Source of the DNA: Candidatus Omnitrophota bacterium
GTDB lineage: Bacteria > Omnitrophota > Gorgyraeia > Zapsychrales > Zapsychraceae
DNA length: 64,000 bases
Direction of reading: 5' to 3'
Assembly (NCBI GenBank): GCA_015233195.1
Contig: JADFYE010000009.1
Location: 8,026-72,025, forward strand
Positions 8,496 through 18,967 of the stretch are shown here, piece after piece (positions within the stretch are counted from its first letter, which is position 1; every line of letters begins with the position of its first letter). The notes beneath the pieces are model-generated. The model ran no database searches. It saw nothing but the letters and a program-made list of their open reading frames with translations, and was not told where the DNA came from. Position numbers and translations under genes: made by a program.

Positions 8496-10067
8496 ATGTC
8501 CAGACAAATAGTAATATACGATACAACTTTGCGCGACGGTTCCCAGACTGAAGGAGTTTCATTTACATTGAATGATAAACTCAAGATAACTGAAAAACTC
8601 GACCAGTTCGGCATCAATTATATTGAAGGCGGATGGCCAGGTTCTAATCCAAAAGACAAAGAGTACTTTGAAGCAGTCGCATCAATGAAACTAAAAAACG
8701 CGAAAATTGCGGCTTTTGGTTCTACGAGAAGGACAAAAACCAACCCATCAGACGATGTTAATCTAATCGAATTAGTAAAATCCAAAGCCCCAACTATAAC
8801 AATCTTTGGAAAAACCTGGGACATGCAAGTTACTGATATTATACGGACGACTCTGAATGAAAATCTTGAAATGATATCTGACTCAGTAGCTTTTTTAAAA
8901 AAGAACAAACGCGAAGTTTTTTACGACGCTGAACACTTTTTTGATGGATTCAAAGCTAATCCACAATACGCTATAAAAACTGTTCAAGCCGCGCAAAATG
9001 CCGGAGCAGATTGTATTGTATTATGTGACACTAATGGAGGCACTTTACCACATCAAGTCGCAGCAATTATTTCGGAATTACAAAAACATATAAAAGCTCC
9101 TCTAGGAATACATACCCATAATGATCTGGATATGGCAGTATCAAACAGTATTATTGCTGTAATGGCAGGCTGTACTCAAATCCAAGGCACATTTAATGGA
9201 TTAGGAGAAAGATGCGGCAACGCGAATTTAACTACTATCATTGGTATATTATCGACCAAAATGGGATTACAAACCATACCTGAAAAAAATTTAAAAAATC
9301 TGAAACAGACTGCATATTACATAAGTGAAATAAGCAATTCTATAATAAAAGATAATGCTGCTCTGGTCGGACATTCTGCTTTCACACATAAAGGCGGGGT
9401 ACACATCGACGCAGTTATAAAAAAACCAGCAGCATATGAACATACCGATCCAACTATATTCGGTAATCACCGCAGATTTGTAGCGTCTGAATTGGCAGGA
9501 AAGATGCCGATACTTATAAAAGCACAAGAGATGAATGTAACTCTAGATAAAAAATCTCCGGAAGCCAAGAAATTATTAGAAGAATTACAGGAAAAAGAAA
9601 ATCACGGTTATCAATACGAAGCAGCTGATGCCTCATTTGAATTATTTGTAAAACGTTCTTTACAAAAATATTCACCATTCTTTAAACTCGAAGGCTTTAA
9701 AGTTTTTTCAGAAAAACGTTTCGACGGAAAAATATTTGCTGAGGCTTCAATCCGGGTAAAAGTAAAAGGTCACGAACAATTTTCAGCTTCTGCAGGCGAC
9801 GGTCCAGTAGATGCTTTGGATAAAGCCCTGCGCGCAGCTCTTCTAAAAGCTTATCCTCGTCTTAAAGAAATGCATTTAAGCGATTATAAGGTTCGGGTTT
9901 TGGATACAAAAGAAGGCACTGCTGCTAAAGTGCGCGTGCTGATCGAATCTCAAGATGAAACTGATACCTGGACTACAATCGGCGTTCATGAAAACATAAT
10001 TGAAGCCAGCTGGGAAGCGTTAACAGACAGCATTGAATATAAACTGTTGAAGGACAAGAAAAAATAA
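8496..10067 (+). CDS. cimA: (R)-citramalate synthase (LeuA-family, CimA type)
   Basis: 'IYDTTLRDGSQTEGVSF...YIEGGWPGSNPKD' plus a C-terminal LeuA-dimer-like domain. The ~520-aa length is typical of CimA rather than LeuA. Confidence 0.8.
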   Translation: MSRQIVIYDTTLRDGSQTEGVSFTLNDKLKITEKLDQFGINYIEGGWPGSNPKDKEYFEAVASMKLKNAKIAAFGSTRRTKTNPSDDVNLIELVKSKAPTITIFGKTWDMQVTDIIRTTLNENLEMISDSVAFLKKNKREVFYDAEHFFDGFKANPQYAIKTVQAAQNAGADCIVLCDTNGGTLPHQVAAIISELQKHIKAPLGIHTHNDLDMAVSNSIIAVMAGCTQIQGTFNGLGERCGNANLTTIIGILSTKMGLQTIPEKNLKNLKQTAYYISEISNSIIKDNAALVGHSAFTHKGGVHIDAVIKKPAAYEHTDPTIFGNHRRFVASELAGKMPILIKAQEMNVTLDKKSPEAKKLLEELQEKENHGYQYEAADASFELFVKRSLQKYSPFFKLEGFKVFSEKRFDGKIFAEASIRVKVKGHEQFSASAGDGPVDALDKALRAALLKAYPRLKEMHLSDYKVRVLDTKEGTAAKVRVLIESQDETDTWTTIGVHENIIEASWEALTDSIEYKLLKDKKK

Positions 10068-12686
10068 ATGGAATTAGAGCCGCGTTTTAATTTTAAAACT
10101 ATTGATGAAAAATGGGGAAATTATTGGTCGGGAGATGGGACTTTCCGCGCCAAAGTAAACCCTAATAAAAAATCTTTCACTATTGTTATACCTCCGCCGA
10201 ATGTTACTGGCATTCTGCACATGGGGCACGCGCTAAATAATACTTTGCAGGATATAATTATCCGTTACAAACGCATGGCAGGATTTGAGACTCTTTGGAT
10301 GCCAGGAACAGATCACGCTGGTATTGCCACCCAAAACGTTGTCGAAAAACAATTAGCAAAAGAAGGCAAGACCCGTCAAGAAATCGGCCGCGAAGAATTT
10401 ACAAAATTATTATGGTCGTGGAAAGATAAATACGGCGATACGATAATTCATCAATTAAAAAAATTGGGGTCATCCTGCGACTGGGATCGTACCCGCTTTA
10501 CCATGGATGATGAATACTCCCATGCAGTAAAAGAAGTTTTTGTCCGTCTATATAATAAAGGCTTAATCTACCGCGGTGAATATATTATTAACTGGTGTCC
10601 TCGCTGTCATACTGCGCTTTCTGACGAAGAAGCAGAGCATCAAGATACTGATGGCAAACTTTACCACATAAAATACCCGATCAAAGGCGAAAAAGGGTTC
10701 ATAATTGTAGCTACGACTCGTCCAGAAACCATGTTAGGTGATACTGCAGTTGCAGTTAATCCAACTGACGAACGATATACCAAATTAAAAGACAAAACTT
10801 TGATCCTGCCTCTGGTTGACCGTGAGATACCAATCATTGAAGATGATTTTGTTGACCTAACATTCGGTACTGGCGCAGTAAAAGTAACGCCTGCCCATGA
10901 CCCGAATGACTTTAATATGGGTAAACGTCATAATCTGCCATTTATCAATATCCTGCATCCCAACGGTGTGGTCAACCGTAACGGCGGAAAATATAATAAT
11001 TTAGACAGATTTGCTGCGCGTAAAGCTGTTATCGAAGACCTGGAAAAACTTGGACTATTGGTAAAGATCGATGAGCATAAACACGCAGTAGGACATTGTT
11101 ACCGCTGTCATACTGTGGTCGAACCATATTTATCAAAACAATGGTTCGTTAAAATGACGCCTTTAGCCAAACCTGCAGTTAAAGCAGTTGAAGATGGACG
11201 TATCAAAATTTATCCGGAACGCTGGAATAAAGTTTACATGAACTGGATGGAAAATATACGCGACTGGTGTATTTCCCGTCAGATATGGTGGGGACACCGC
11301 ATACCAGTTTGGTATTGCCAAAATTGTCCGGATGACAAAAACATGATCGTGACTTTAGACACGCCAAAAGTCTGTCCACATTGCGGGTCGCACGATCTTA
11401 AACAAGAAGAAGATGTTTTAGATACCTGGTTCTCATCCTGGCTATGGCCTTTCGCCACCTTAAATTGGCCTAAAGATAATCCTGACCTAAAATATTTTTA
11501 TCCTGGCTCAGCATTATTCACAGCGTCAGAAATCATATTTTTCTGGGTAGCACGTATGATCATGGCTGGAATAGAATTTATGGGCGATATTCCATTTAGC
11601 GAAGTTTATATCCACGGAACAGTACGTGATTCTATCGGACGTAAAATGTCTAAATCACTTGGCAACGCTATTGATCCTCTTGAAATCATTGAAGAATACG
11701 GCGCAGATGCCTTACGCTTTAGTTTGATCATTAATTCCGGACAAGACTTGTATATTTCAAAAGAAAAATTTGAGATTGGACGTAATTTTGCGAATAAAAT
11801 CTGGAACGCATCCCGTCTGATATTGATGAACGTAAAAGCTGTTGATCCAAAATTTGATCTGCAAAAAACGGAATTGGATCTGGCATCAAAATGGATAGTG
11901 TCACGCATGTACACTACGATAAAAAAAGTAGGGGATAGCATAGAAAAATTCCGTTATTCCGAAGCTGAATCTTTAATAAACGAATTTTTCTGGAGCGAAT
12001 TCTGCGATTGGTATTTAGAAATAATAAAAGACCAGTGGGATAACCCGATAATCCAAAATACCGCCTTTATTATTCTTGAAAATTCTTTAAAAATAATTCA
12101 TCCATTTATGCCATTTGTTACCCAGGAATTATGGGCAAACATTCATCCTGAAAATAAAGATTTAGGCTTACAACCTTGGTCCAGCGTACAAGAAAAACTA
12201 CTCAATACCGATACAGAACAAAAAATGGCATTGATCATAGAATTGGTAACTGCTATCCGGAATGTCAGAGCACAATGGAACATCAAGCCATCTGAAAAAT
12301 TAAATTGCATTTTAGCGGCTGATAACGCATCCGATCAAAAATTTTTAAATGAAAACCGAGCCATGATCGAACGTTTAGGTCGGTTAAACCCAATAACTAT
12401 ACGCGACACTTTAACCGCACAAAAAAATACAGCTACCGGCGTAGTTAGAACAATTAAATTTGCTTTACCATTGGAAGGTGCGGTTGATTTAGAAGCTGAA
12501 AAACGTAAAATACTTAATCAGATCAATGAGCAAACCAAATTGGTAGACGGCATTACCAAACGTTTATCTAATGAAGCTTTTGTCAATAAAGCGCCGGCTG
12601 AAGTAATTGAAAAAGACCGGGAACGCTTAATTGAAATCAACGACAAAATAAACAAAATGAAACAGCTGATAACTGATTTGAGTTAA
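10068..12686 (+). CDS. valS: valine-tRNA ligase
   Basis: Class I HIGH ('LHMGHAL') and 'KMSKS' motifs, editing domain, C-terminal coiled coil, 872 aa. Confidence 0.95.
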   Translation: MELEPRFNFKTIDEKWGNYWSGDGTFRAKVNPNKKSFTIVIPPPNVTGILHMGHALNNTLQDIIIRYKRMAGFETLWMPGTDHAGIATQNVVEKQLAKEGKTRQEIGREEFTKLLWSWKDKYGDTIIHQLKKLGSSCDWDRTRFTMDDEYSHAVKEVFVRLYNKGLIYRGEYIINWCPRCHTALSDEEAEHQDTDGKLYHIKYPIKGEKGFIIVATTRPETMLGDTAVAVNPTDERYTKLKDKTLILPLVDREIPIIEDDFVDLTFGTGAVKVTPAHDPNDFNMGKRHNLPFINILHPNGVVNRNGGKYNNLDRFAARKAVIEDLEKLGLLVKIDEHKHAVGHCYRCHTVVEPYLSKQWFVKMTPLAKPAVKAVEDGRIKIYPERWNKVYMNWMENIRDWCISRQIWWGHRIPVWYCQNCPDDKNMIVTLDTPKVCPHCGSHDLKQEEDVLDTWFSSWLWPFATLNWPKDNPDLKYFYPGSALFTASEIIFFWVARMIMAGIEFMGDIPFSEVYIHGTVRDSIGRKMSKSLGNAIDPLEIIEEYGADALRFSLIINSGQDLYISKEKFEIGRNFANKIWNASRLILMNVKAVDPKFDLQKTELDLASKWIVSRMYTTIKKVGDSIEKFRYSEAESLINEFFWSEFCDWYLEIIKDQWDNPIIQNTAFIILENSLKIIHPFMPFVTQELWANIHPENKDLGLQPWSSVQEKLLNTDTEQKMALIIELVTAIRNVRAQWNIKPSEKLNCILAADNASDQKFLNENRAMIERLGRLNPITIRDTLTAQKNTATGVVRTIKFALPLEGAVDLEAEKRKILNQINEQTKLVDGITKRLSNEAFVNKAPAEVIEKDRERLIEINDKINKMKQLITDLS

Positions 12687-12691
12687 AAACT

Positions 12692-13546
12692 ATGCTGACC
12701 ATAAAAGAAATCGATCATACAATACATTTAGCGTTAGTCGAAGACGCGCATGATATGGATATTACTACTAATTTCCTTATCCTGCCGTCAAGTATATCGG
12801 AAGCATATATAGTATCAAAAGAACCAGGAATACTTTGCGGCATTGATATAGTAAAAAGACTTTTTAAAAAACTTGATAAAAATATGCATTTCAAAACCAG
12901 TTTTAAAGACGGCGATGCCTTAAAACCCTGCGATAAAGTACTTGAAATAAAAGGCAAAACCAGAGCGATTTTAACCGGAGAACGGACCGCGCTTAATTTT
13001 TTAAGTTATTTATCCGGTGTTGCGACAAATACCAATAACTATGTAAAAGCAGTCAAACCTTACAAAGCCCAAATTTTAAGCACCCGTAAAACCACTCCCG
13101 GCTTACGTAATTTTGATAAATACGCGGTACGCTGCGGCGGAGGAATAAATCACCGTAAAAATTTGAAAGAAATGATACTTATAAAAGATAACCACCGTGA
13201 AATATATCATGGAAATATTCTTTTAGCTGAAGCGATTTTAAAATTTCAAAAATCACATAACGAACCTATTTGCGTAGAAGTTGACACTCTGGCAGAATTC
13301 AAACAAGTACTGCCAACCCAGCCTACAATAATTTTATTAGATAACATGTCCTGCAGCCAAATGAAGCAAGCAGTAAGAATACGCGATAAATTTAATAAAT
13401 ACAAATTGCCTTTACTCGAAGCTTCCGGAGGAGTAACCCTTAAAACCATACGTAAAATCGCTCAAACCGGAGTTGATCGTATTTCTATAGGCGCGCTAAC
13501 CCATACCCATAAAGCCTTAAATTTATCAATGGAAGTTGTACGGTGA
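12692..13546 (+). CDS. nadC: nicotinate-nucleotide (quinolinate) pyrophosphorylase
   Basis: 'TGERTALNFL...TRKTTPGLR...YAVRCGGGxNHR...IKDNH' pattern typical of NadC. Confidence 0.9.
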   Translation: MLTIKEIDHTIHLALVEDAHDMDITTNFLILPSSISEAYIVSKEPGILCGIDIVKRLFKKLDKNMHFKTSFKDGDALKPCDKVLEIKGKTRAILTGERTALNFLSYLSGVATNTNNYVKAVKPYKAQILSTRKTTPGLRNFDKYAVRCGGGINHRKNLKEMILIKDNHREIYHGNILLAEAILKFQKSHNEPICVEVDTLAEFKQVLPTQPTIILLDNMSCSQMKQAVRIRDKFNKYKLPLLEASGGVTLKTIRKIAQTGVDRISIGALTHTHKALNLSMEVVR

Positions 13547-14232
13547 TGCAGAAAATAAAAAAATTTTTATTATTCAATTTTATATTTATAGGGCTACTGA
13601 CGATATCAGGCAGATTTGTAATGCCGGTTCATGCAGCAGAACCAACCCAAGACTATTTGCTGGACGACCGTAAACAAATCGATGAATACACTGAAAAATT
13701 CAGACAGATCCCAAAAGATATTTTATGGGAAATGATCAAAGATGACACTTTAAATCCGCTAAAAACTACAGCTGCACTCCGGGTGATGAACCAAGACTTT
13801 GTAAAAACCATGGTACAATCAGAACGGCAGCAGTATGAACGAAAATTATTGCGGAATCTTTCCAAAAGCGATTCACCATTTATCCAAGTTGAGACCATGT
13901 ACGGCATTTGTGTTGCCAACCGTTATGAATATTTTGATTCAATGGTCCCAGCTCTGATCCAAAAACTTAACCATTATAATACCGGGGTAAACTTACTCGC
14001 CTACGAAAACCTAAACAAATTGTTACTCGACGGACAAAACCGTCCAAGAGAAGCCAGAGTAGTTTTTAATACTTTACGCAAAATCCTTTTTTTATCCCGC
14101 ATAAAACTAGAAACCATAACTACTCCTGAACCAAAACTTGACCGCCAACTTAAAATTTTACGCTGGGCAATAAAAGTTTTAGGGAATCAAGAACTACAAA
14201 GATTACCAAGAGAAGTGATTCATTTATTGTGA
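13543..14232 (+). CDS. hypothetical secreted protein
   Basis: Signal peptide (..PVHA/AEP). Helical, no family recognised. Start overlaps nadC stop. Confidence 0.6.
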   Translation: MMQKIKKFLLFNFIFIGLLTISGRFVMPVHAAEPTQDYLLDDRKQIDEYTEKFRQIPKDILWEMIKDDTLNPLKTTAALRVMNQDFVKTMVQSERQQYERKLLRNLSKSDSPFIQVETMYGICVANRYEYFDSMVPALIQKLNHYNTGVNLLAYENLNKLLLDGQNRPREARVVFNTLRKILFLSRIKLETITTPEPKLDRQLKILRWAIKVLGNQELQRLPREVIHLL

Positions 14233-14244
14233 AAAGAGTTAAAG

Positions 14245-16110
14245 GTGAGGGGCTTGAAAAAAAATAATTACTTCATCAAAATAATTACCTTAACCATTAT
14301 TCTTGCCTTATCCATCTGGGCGTGGATGCGTTTTTCTTATCCGCAAATGGCGCTTATCGACTTAAAAATCGATCGGCAACAAGCTTTAAATACCGCTGAA
14401 AAATATTTGAAAGAACAAAATATTGATGTAAATTCTTTCAAACACGGCATTGTTTTCGGAAGGGTCGGACTTCCCAGCCAATATTTACAAAAAACACTCG
14501 GCTTCAAAAAAATGACCGCGTTCATAAACCAAAACCATTTTCAAATGTTTTATTGGTCGATACGGTTTTTCAAAGAGAATCAAAAAGAAGAATTCCGCTT
14601 TAGCATAAGTTCCGCAGATGGACAAATACTAGATTTCCAACATGTAATTGCCGATACTGATCAACGACCAAACGTTACTCAAGAAGATGCCCGCGCAGTT
14701 GCGGAAAAATTCTTGCATGAAAAATTCAACTTTGATCCAGCGGCATATATCGCCAAAGAAATCCAAAATAAAAAATTAGACCATAGAAACGACTACACCT
14801 TTAGTTGGCAGCGTAAAGACATAAACATACCCTGGACTGAAAAAACCAACAGCGGCACGGCTAAACTTATTTCCAACGTCAAAATATCCGGAAAAGATAT
14901 ACTGGAATTTTCCTGGCAAATACTGGAGATACCGGATGATTTTAAACGTGATCTAAAAACCCAAGAAGAGGTAGGTCAAAATATAATTTTAGTAGTGAGC
15001 ACCTTATTATTTATATTATCATTGTACGCGATTTATTTTTTGGTGCTAAAACTCAACAATATCGCGATCATTCAAGCTAAACCATTTTTCATTTACCTAA
15101 GCGTATTCTTAATGATACTTTTTCTTGCCAGTATATTTAATTCTCTCCAAAATCTTATCTATAATTATCCCACCACTGCGAAATTTATTTCATATATAAA
15201 CCGTAGCCTCGCAACCTCTATTCTCGGAATTATAATTTTAGTTGTCGCACTAATCATTCCCGGCATATCTGGTGAACTTCTAAATCGCGAATTGACTCCA
15301 GAAAATATAAAGGGCGGGCTCCTTTATAAAATCAACTCAACATTTTTCAACCGTTCTATTTCTTATGAAATCTTGATTGGATATGCTTTATGTATAATTT
15401 TATTAGGGCTGCAATCTATCCTAATAAATGTCGGACAAACTCATTGGGGAGTATGGTTAGAATACAACTGGTTAACCCAATCCTCGACAAATTATTGGCC
15501 AGTGCTGGCAAGTTTCACTCTAGCGATACGCGCCTCTTTATCCGAAGAATTTTTATTTAGAAGTTTTGCTATAAACCTCGGTAAAAAATATTTTAAAAAT
15601 ATTGTGATTCCAGTAATTCTATCTGCAGCACTGTGGGGTTTCGCGCATAGTTCATACCCGGTTTATCCAATGTGGTTCAGAGGAATAGAAGTAACAATTA
15701 TGGGATTTATACTTGGTTTTTGCTATTTACGCTATGGCTTATTAACTGTCATAATCGCACATTATTTGTTCGATGCGTTCTGGGGTTCAAGCCCATTTTT
15801 ATTCAGCAAATCCATCACTATGAATTCCATATTAACATTCGTAATTTTATGTTTACCCGCGCTTTGGGCATTGATTGCGCTTTTGGTTAACCAGCCCAAC
15901 ACTGAAAAAAATAAAACATACGAACTAAATAAAAAGCAGGAGTTTAATAAAGAAATCCTGCTGGCTTATTTAAAACAAAATCCTGACCTGGCAAAATCCA
16001 ATTCAAATGAAAAATTGATCCAGCAAATAACTAATAACGGCTGGGACGTAATAGTAGTAGAAGAAACCCTGCGCCAATATTTATCTCAAAATAATTCACA
16101 AAACCAATAA
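14245..16110 (+). CDS. CPBP (CAAX/Abi) family intramembrane metalloprotease with long N-terminal ectodomain
   Basis: CPBP motifs 'EEFLFRS', 'FAHSS' and 'AHYLFDAF' in a multi-TM C-terminal half. GTG start. Confidence 0.75.
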   Translation: MRGLKKNNYFIKIITLTIILALSIWAWMRFSYPQMALIDLKIDRQQALNTAEKYLKEQNIDVNSFKHGIVFGRVGLPSQYLQKTLGFKKMTAFINQNHFQMFYWSIRFFKENQKEEFRFSISSADGQILDFQHVIADTDQRPNVTQEDARAVAEKFLHEKFNFDPAAYIAKEIQNKKLDHRNDYTFSWQRKDINIPWTEKTNSGTAKLISNVKISGKDILEFSWQILEIPDDFKRDLKTQEEVGQNIILVVSTLLFILSLYAIYFLVLKLNNIAIIQAKPFFIYLSVFLMILFLASIFNSLQNLIYNYPTTAKFISYINRSLATSILGIIILVVALIIPGISGELLNRELTPENIKGGLLYKINSTFFNRSISYEILIGYALCIILLGLQSILINVGQTHWGVWLEYNWLTQSSTNYWPVLASFTLAIRASLSEEFLFRSFAINLGKKYFKNIVIPVILSAALWGFAHSSYPVYPMWFRGIEVTIMGFILGFCYLRYGLLTVIIAHYLFDAFWGSSPFLFSKSITMNSILTFVILCLPALWALIALLVNQPNTEKNKTYELNKKQEFNKEILLAYLKQNPDLAKSNSNEKLIQQITNNGWDVIVVEETLRQYLSQNNSQNQ

Positions 16111-16201
16111 AATAGAATATATTAACACTAGAGATAAATCGTTAAATATTTGTGAGGTTGGTTTATCCCACTTAAATATTAATATATCTAAAGGTACAAT
16201 T

Positions 16202-17017
16202 ATGAAAAAAATAATTATGTTACTTTTTCTTTTATTAAGCCTTTTACAAACCGCAGTTTTTGCTGACACAATTATTCTTACCAATGGCGAAACAATATCA
16301 GGGACGATAGCAGAACAAAACAATAATTTCGTTAGAATTATAAATAAAGAGGGGATAACATCTCGCGAATTCCTGATGGAGGATGTTGCAAAAATTACCC
16401 TTGATAATATTACAACTGAATACCATCCTTTAAAACCTGGCGTTGTCATTATAGATAAAACTAAGCCTGAAGAATCCAAAACTATTGAAACCATTAATCA
16501 AACTGCCTCTGCCCCAAAAATCAAAACTGAAGTATTAACAATGAAAACACTGGAAAGCATGCCTCCTGATGAAACCGCCTCACCAAAAACACAAACAACC
16601 AGCACTTTTAAAAAGCAAAAAAACGAAAATCCAATTCTAAAATTTAAATTTTCCATTGATAAAAAATATCAAACAAAATTTTTAAAAACACTTGAACAAA
16701 TAAAAAAAGATCCCAAAAATTTATACATAATACTTTTAATTGCCATAATCCCTGTTTCAATATTTATCTATATTATTTCATTTTTATGGGCGCATATTTT
16801 CCCCAAAAAAAATAAAACTGAACAAAACCAACAGCCAGTAAAACCTATAGAAATCAAAACAATTAATGCTGATCCGGCTCCTGTAAAAATCACGACGCCA
16901 GAACCTATGCGCGTTATTAAAGTGCCTGAAACTGAACCGGAAACAAATACTGATACAACAACCGCTGAAGCTAAAACCTATTCAATGCCAAAACTAAAAC
17001 CAAAAATAAAACCCTAA
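16202..17017 (+). CDS. hypothetical membrane protein (signal peptide, one TM, P/T/E-rich tail)
   Basis: Signal peptide 'LLLSLLQTAVFA/D', internal TM 'LYIILLIAIIPVSIFIYIISFLW', low-complexity C-terminus. Confidence 0.6.
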   Translation: MKKIIMLLFLLLSLLQTAVFADTIILTNGETISGTIAEQNNNFVRIINKEGITSREFLMEDVAKITLDNITTEYHPLKPGVVIIDKTKPEESKTIETINQTASAPKIKTEVLTMKTLESMPPDETASPKTQTTSTFKKQKNENPILKFKFSIDKKYQTKFLKTLEQIKKDPKNLYIILLIAIIPVSIFIYIISFLWAHIFPKKNKTEQNQQPVKPIEIKTINADPAPVKITTPEPMRVIKVPETEPETNTDTTTAEAKTYSMPKLKPKIKP

Positions 17018-17634
17018 TGAACGAAGAAAGACTATTCCCAGACCTAACGCCAATTCGCCATAAAAAAAATAATTATATTGGCTGGATCGACGGCATTACT
17101 AAAATGAAAGAATTTTTTTCCGGAAATACTGATGTTTCCTGGCAATATCGTATCTGCGTTACCGGAGAAAATATGAAACGGGTCGCGCCGCAAGAAGATC
17201 TGGAAATAAATTACGATAATCCAACTCTTCCGACCCATCTCGAAGAGCAAAGAGATGAAACATCTCATTTTAGAAAAGAAACAATTTTGCATTCTTTAGG
17301 ATATCAATTAACTGATGTGACCCGTATGCAAAGAGAAGAGCTATTACTTAACATAGCCATACCATATTTAAAATTACCTAAAGTTCTGCGGACCATCAGT
17401 GACCTTATTTACAGCAAGAAACAAAGATTACAAAAACATATTAACGCGCTTATTGAGTGGAATTATGATCTAGATATGCTGCTGACTAAATACGGATTGA
17501 CTAACCCTGAAATAACAACCGAGATTTTAAGTTATATTTGCAAAGTAAAAGAATTATTAGAAAAACAGTACTTGAAAATGAAAATATCATCCGCGGATAT
17601 CGCGGCTGAGATAAAAAACCGTAAAAAAACATAA
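17017..17634 (+). CDS. hypothetical protein
   Basis: 205-aa ORF with no recognisable motif. Start overlaps upstream stop (TAATG). Lies 14 nt upstream of the PIN-PhoH gene. Confidence 0.55.
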   Translation: MNEERLFPDLTPIRHKKNNYIGWIDGITKMKEFFSGNTDVSWQYRICVTGENMKRVAPQEDLEINYDNPTLPTHLEEQRDETSHFRKETILHSLGYQLTDVTRMQREELLLNIAIPYLKLPKVLRTISDLIYSKKQRLQKHINALIEWNYDLDMLLTKYGLTNPEITTEILSYICKVKELLEKQYLKMKISSADIAAEIKNRKKT

Positions 17635-17648
17635 AGGACCCCGTACCA

Positions 17649-18965
17649 ATGGAAAAAAATTTCGTACTCGACACCAACGTCCTAATCCACAATCCTCAAG
17701 CTTTATATTCTTTCGCGGATAATAATGTGATTCTGCCTATAACTGTTATCGAGGAATTAGACCGGTTCAAAACTGAAGCTGATAAAAAAGGCATGCATGC
17801 CCGTCAGGTATTACGCGAAATCGACCGCCTAATCAAAAAGGGCGCGTTAAAAAAAGGCGCTAAAATGGATAACGGCGGAACATTGATTATCTACATAACC
17901 TCATTTAAAACTTCTGATATACCGTTAACCGATAAAGAACTAAACGATAACCGCATCCTCGCTGTAGCCTGGCATTTGATGCAACAAGGTAAAAAAGTAT
18001 TTTTTATATCTAAAGATGTCAATGCTCGCATTAAAGCTGAAGCCATGGGTGTACCTGCACGAGATTACGAAAAACAAGTAGTAGAATACGGCAATCTTTA
18101 TCGAGGATGGAAAGAGGTTATTCTTCCTAAAGCTGAATACGATAAGCTCACCCGCGATAACAAAATGACCGCAAAACCCGGCTTCTTAGCAAACGAATTC
18201 GCGCAAGTAAAACCCGATGACGGGAAAAGTTTAGCCATATGTAAATATGATCAAGAACAAAATGTCCTAAACCGAATTTGCGACGGATGCAGCATTATGG
18301 GCATAAAACCACTGAACGTGGAGCAAAGGTTTGCTTTTGATCTTTTATTAAACGATGATATAAAATTGGTGACACTCGTCGGGCAAGCCGGTTCAGGAAA
18401 AACTCTTATGGCTTTATGTAGCGCGCTTTCAAAAATTCTCAATAAAAATCCGGTATACGAAAAACTATTAGTTGTCCGTCCAATCATGCCGTTAGGAAAA
18501 GATATTGGATACTTGCCTGGAAGCAAAGAGAAAAAACTTAATTACTGGATGCAGCCTATATTTGACAATTTTGATTTCATCTTAAAAACTTCAGTATTAG
18601 CCAAACATGAAGATGTTGTTGCCAGTGCTCTTACTGTTGATAATTTAATGCGGTCTGATCTGATCGAAGTCGAAGCTGTAACGTATATCCGCGGACGCAG
18701 CATTCCAAATCAATTCTTAATAGTTGATGAAGCGCAAAATTTGACTCCACATGAAATTAAAACTATTATTTCAAGGGCTGGAGACGGCACCAAAATAGTG
18801 CTCACCGGCGATCCTGATCAGATCGATAATCCATATTTAGACGCAAACTCAAATGGATTATCCTATACTGTTGAACGATTAAAATCATTTAAATTATTTG
18901 GACATATGTTATTGTCAAAAAGCGAACGTTCCGAGCTTGCCTCATTGGCTGTAGCAGAACTCTAA
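17649..18965 (+). CDS. PIN-domain / PhoH-like ATPase fusion (PhoH2/YlaK type)
   Basis: N-terminal PIN ('VLDTNVLIH'), Walker A 'GQAGSGKT', Walker B 'LIVDEAQN'. Confidence 0.85.
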   Translation: MEKNFVLDTNVLIHNPQALYSFADNNVILPITVIEELDRFKTEADKKGMHARQVLREIDRLIKKGALKKGAKMDNGGTLIIYITSFKTSDIPLTDKELNDNRILAVAWHLMQQGKKVFFISKDVNARIKAEAMGVPARDYEKQVVEYGNLYRGWKEVILPKAEYDKLTRDNKMTAKPGFLANEFAQVKPDDGKSLAICKYDQEQNVLNRICDGCSIMGIKPLNVEQRFAFDLLLNDDIKLVTLVGQAGSGKTLMALCSALSKILNKNPVYEKLLVVRPIMPLGKDIGYLPGSKEKKLNYWMQPIFDNFDFILKTSVLAKHEDVVASALTVDNLMRSDLIEVEAVTYIRGRSIPNQFLIVDEAQNLTPHEIKTIISRAGDGTKIVLTGDPDQIDNPYLDANSNGLSYTVERLKSFKLFGHMLLSKSERSELASLAVAEL

Positions 18966-18967
18966 AA

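Noticed and set aside
16096-16494. 132-aa - strand ORF overlapping the start of 16202..17017
   Set aside because: The + strand gene has a clear signal peptide and is co-directional with its neighbours. The antisense ORF has no RBS or motif.
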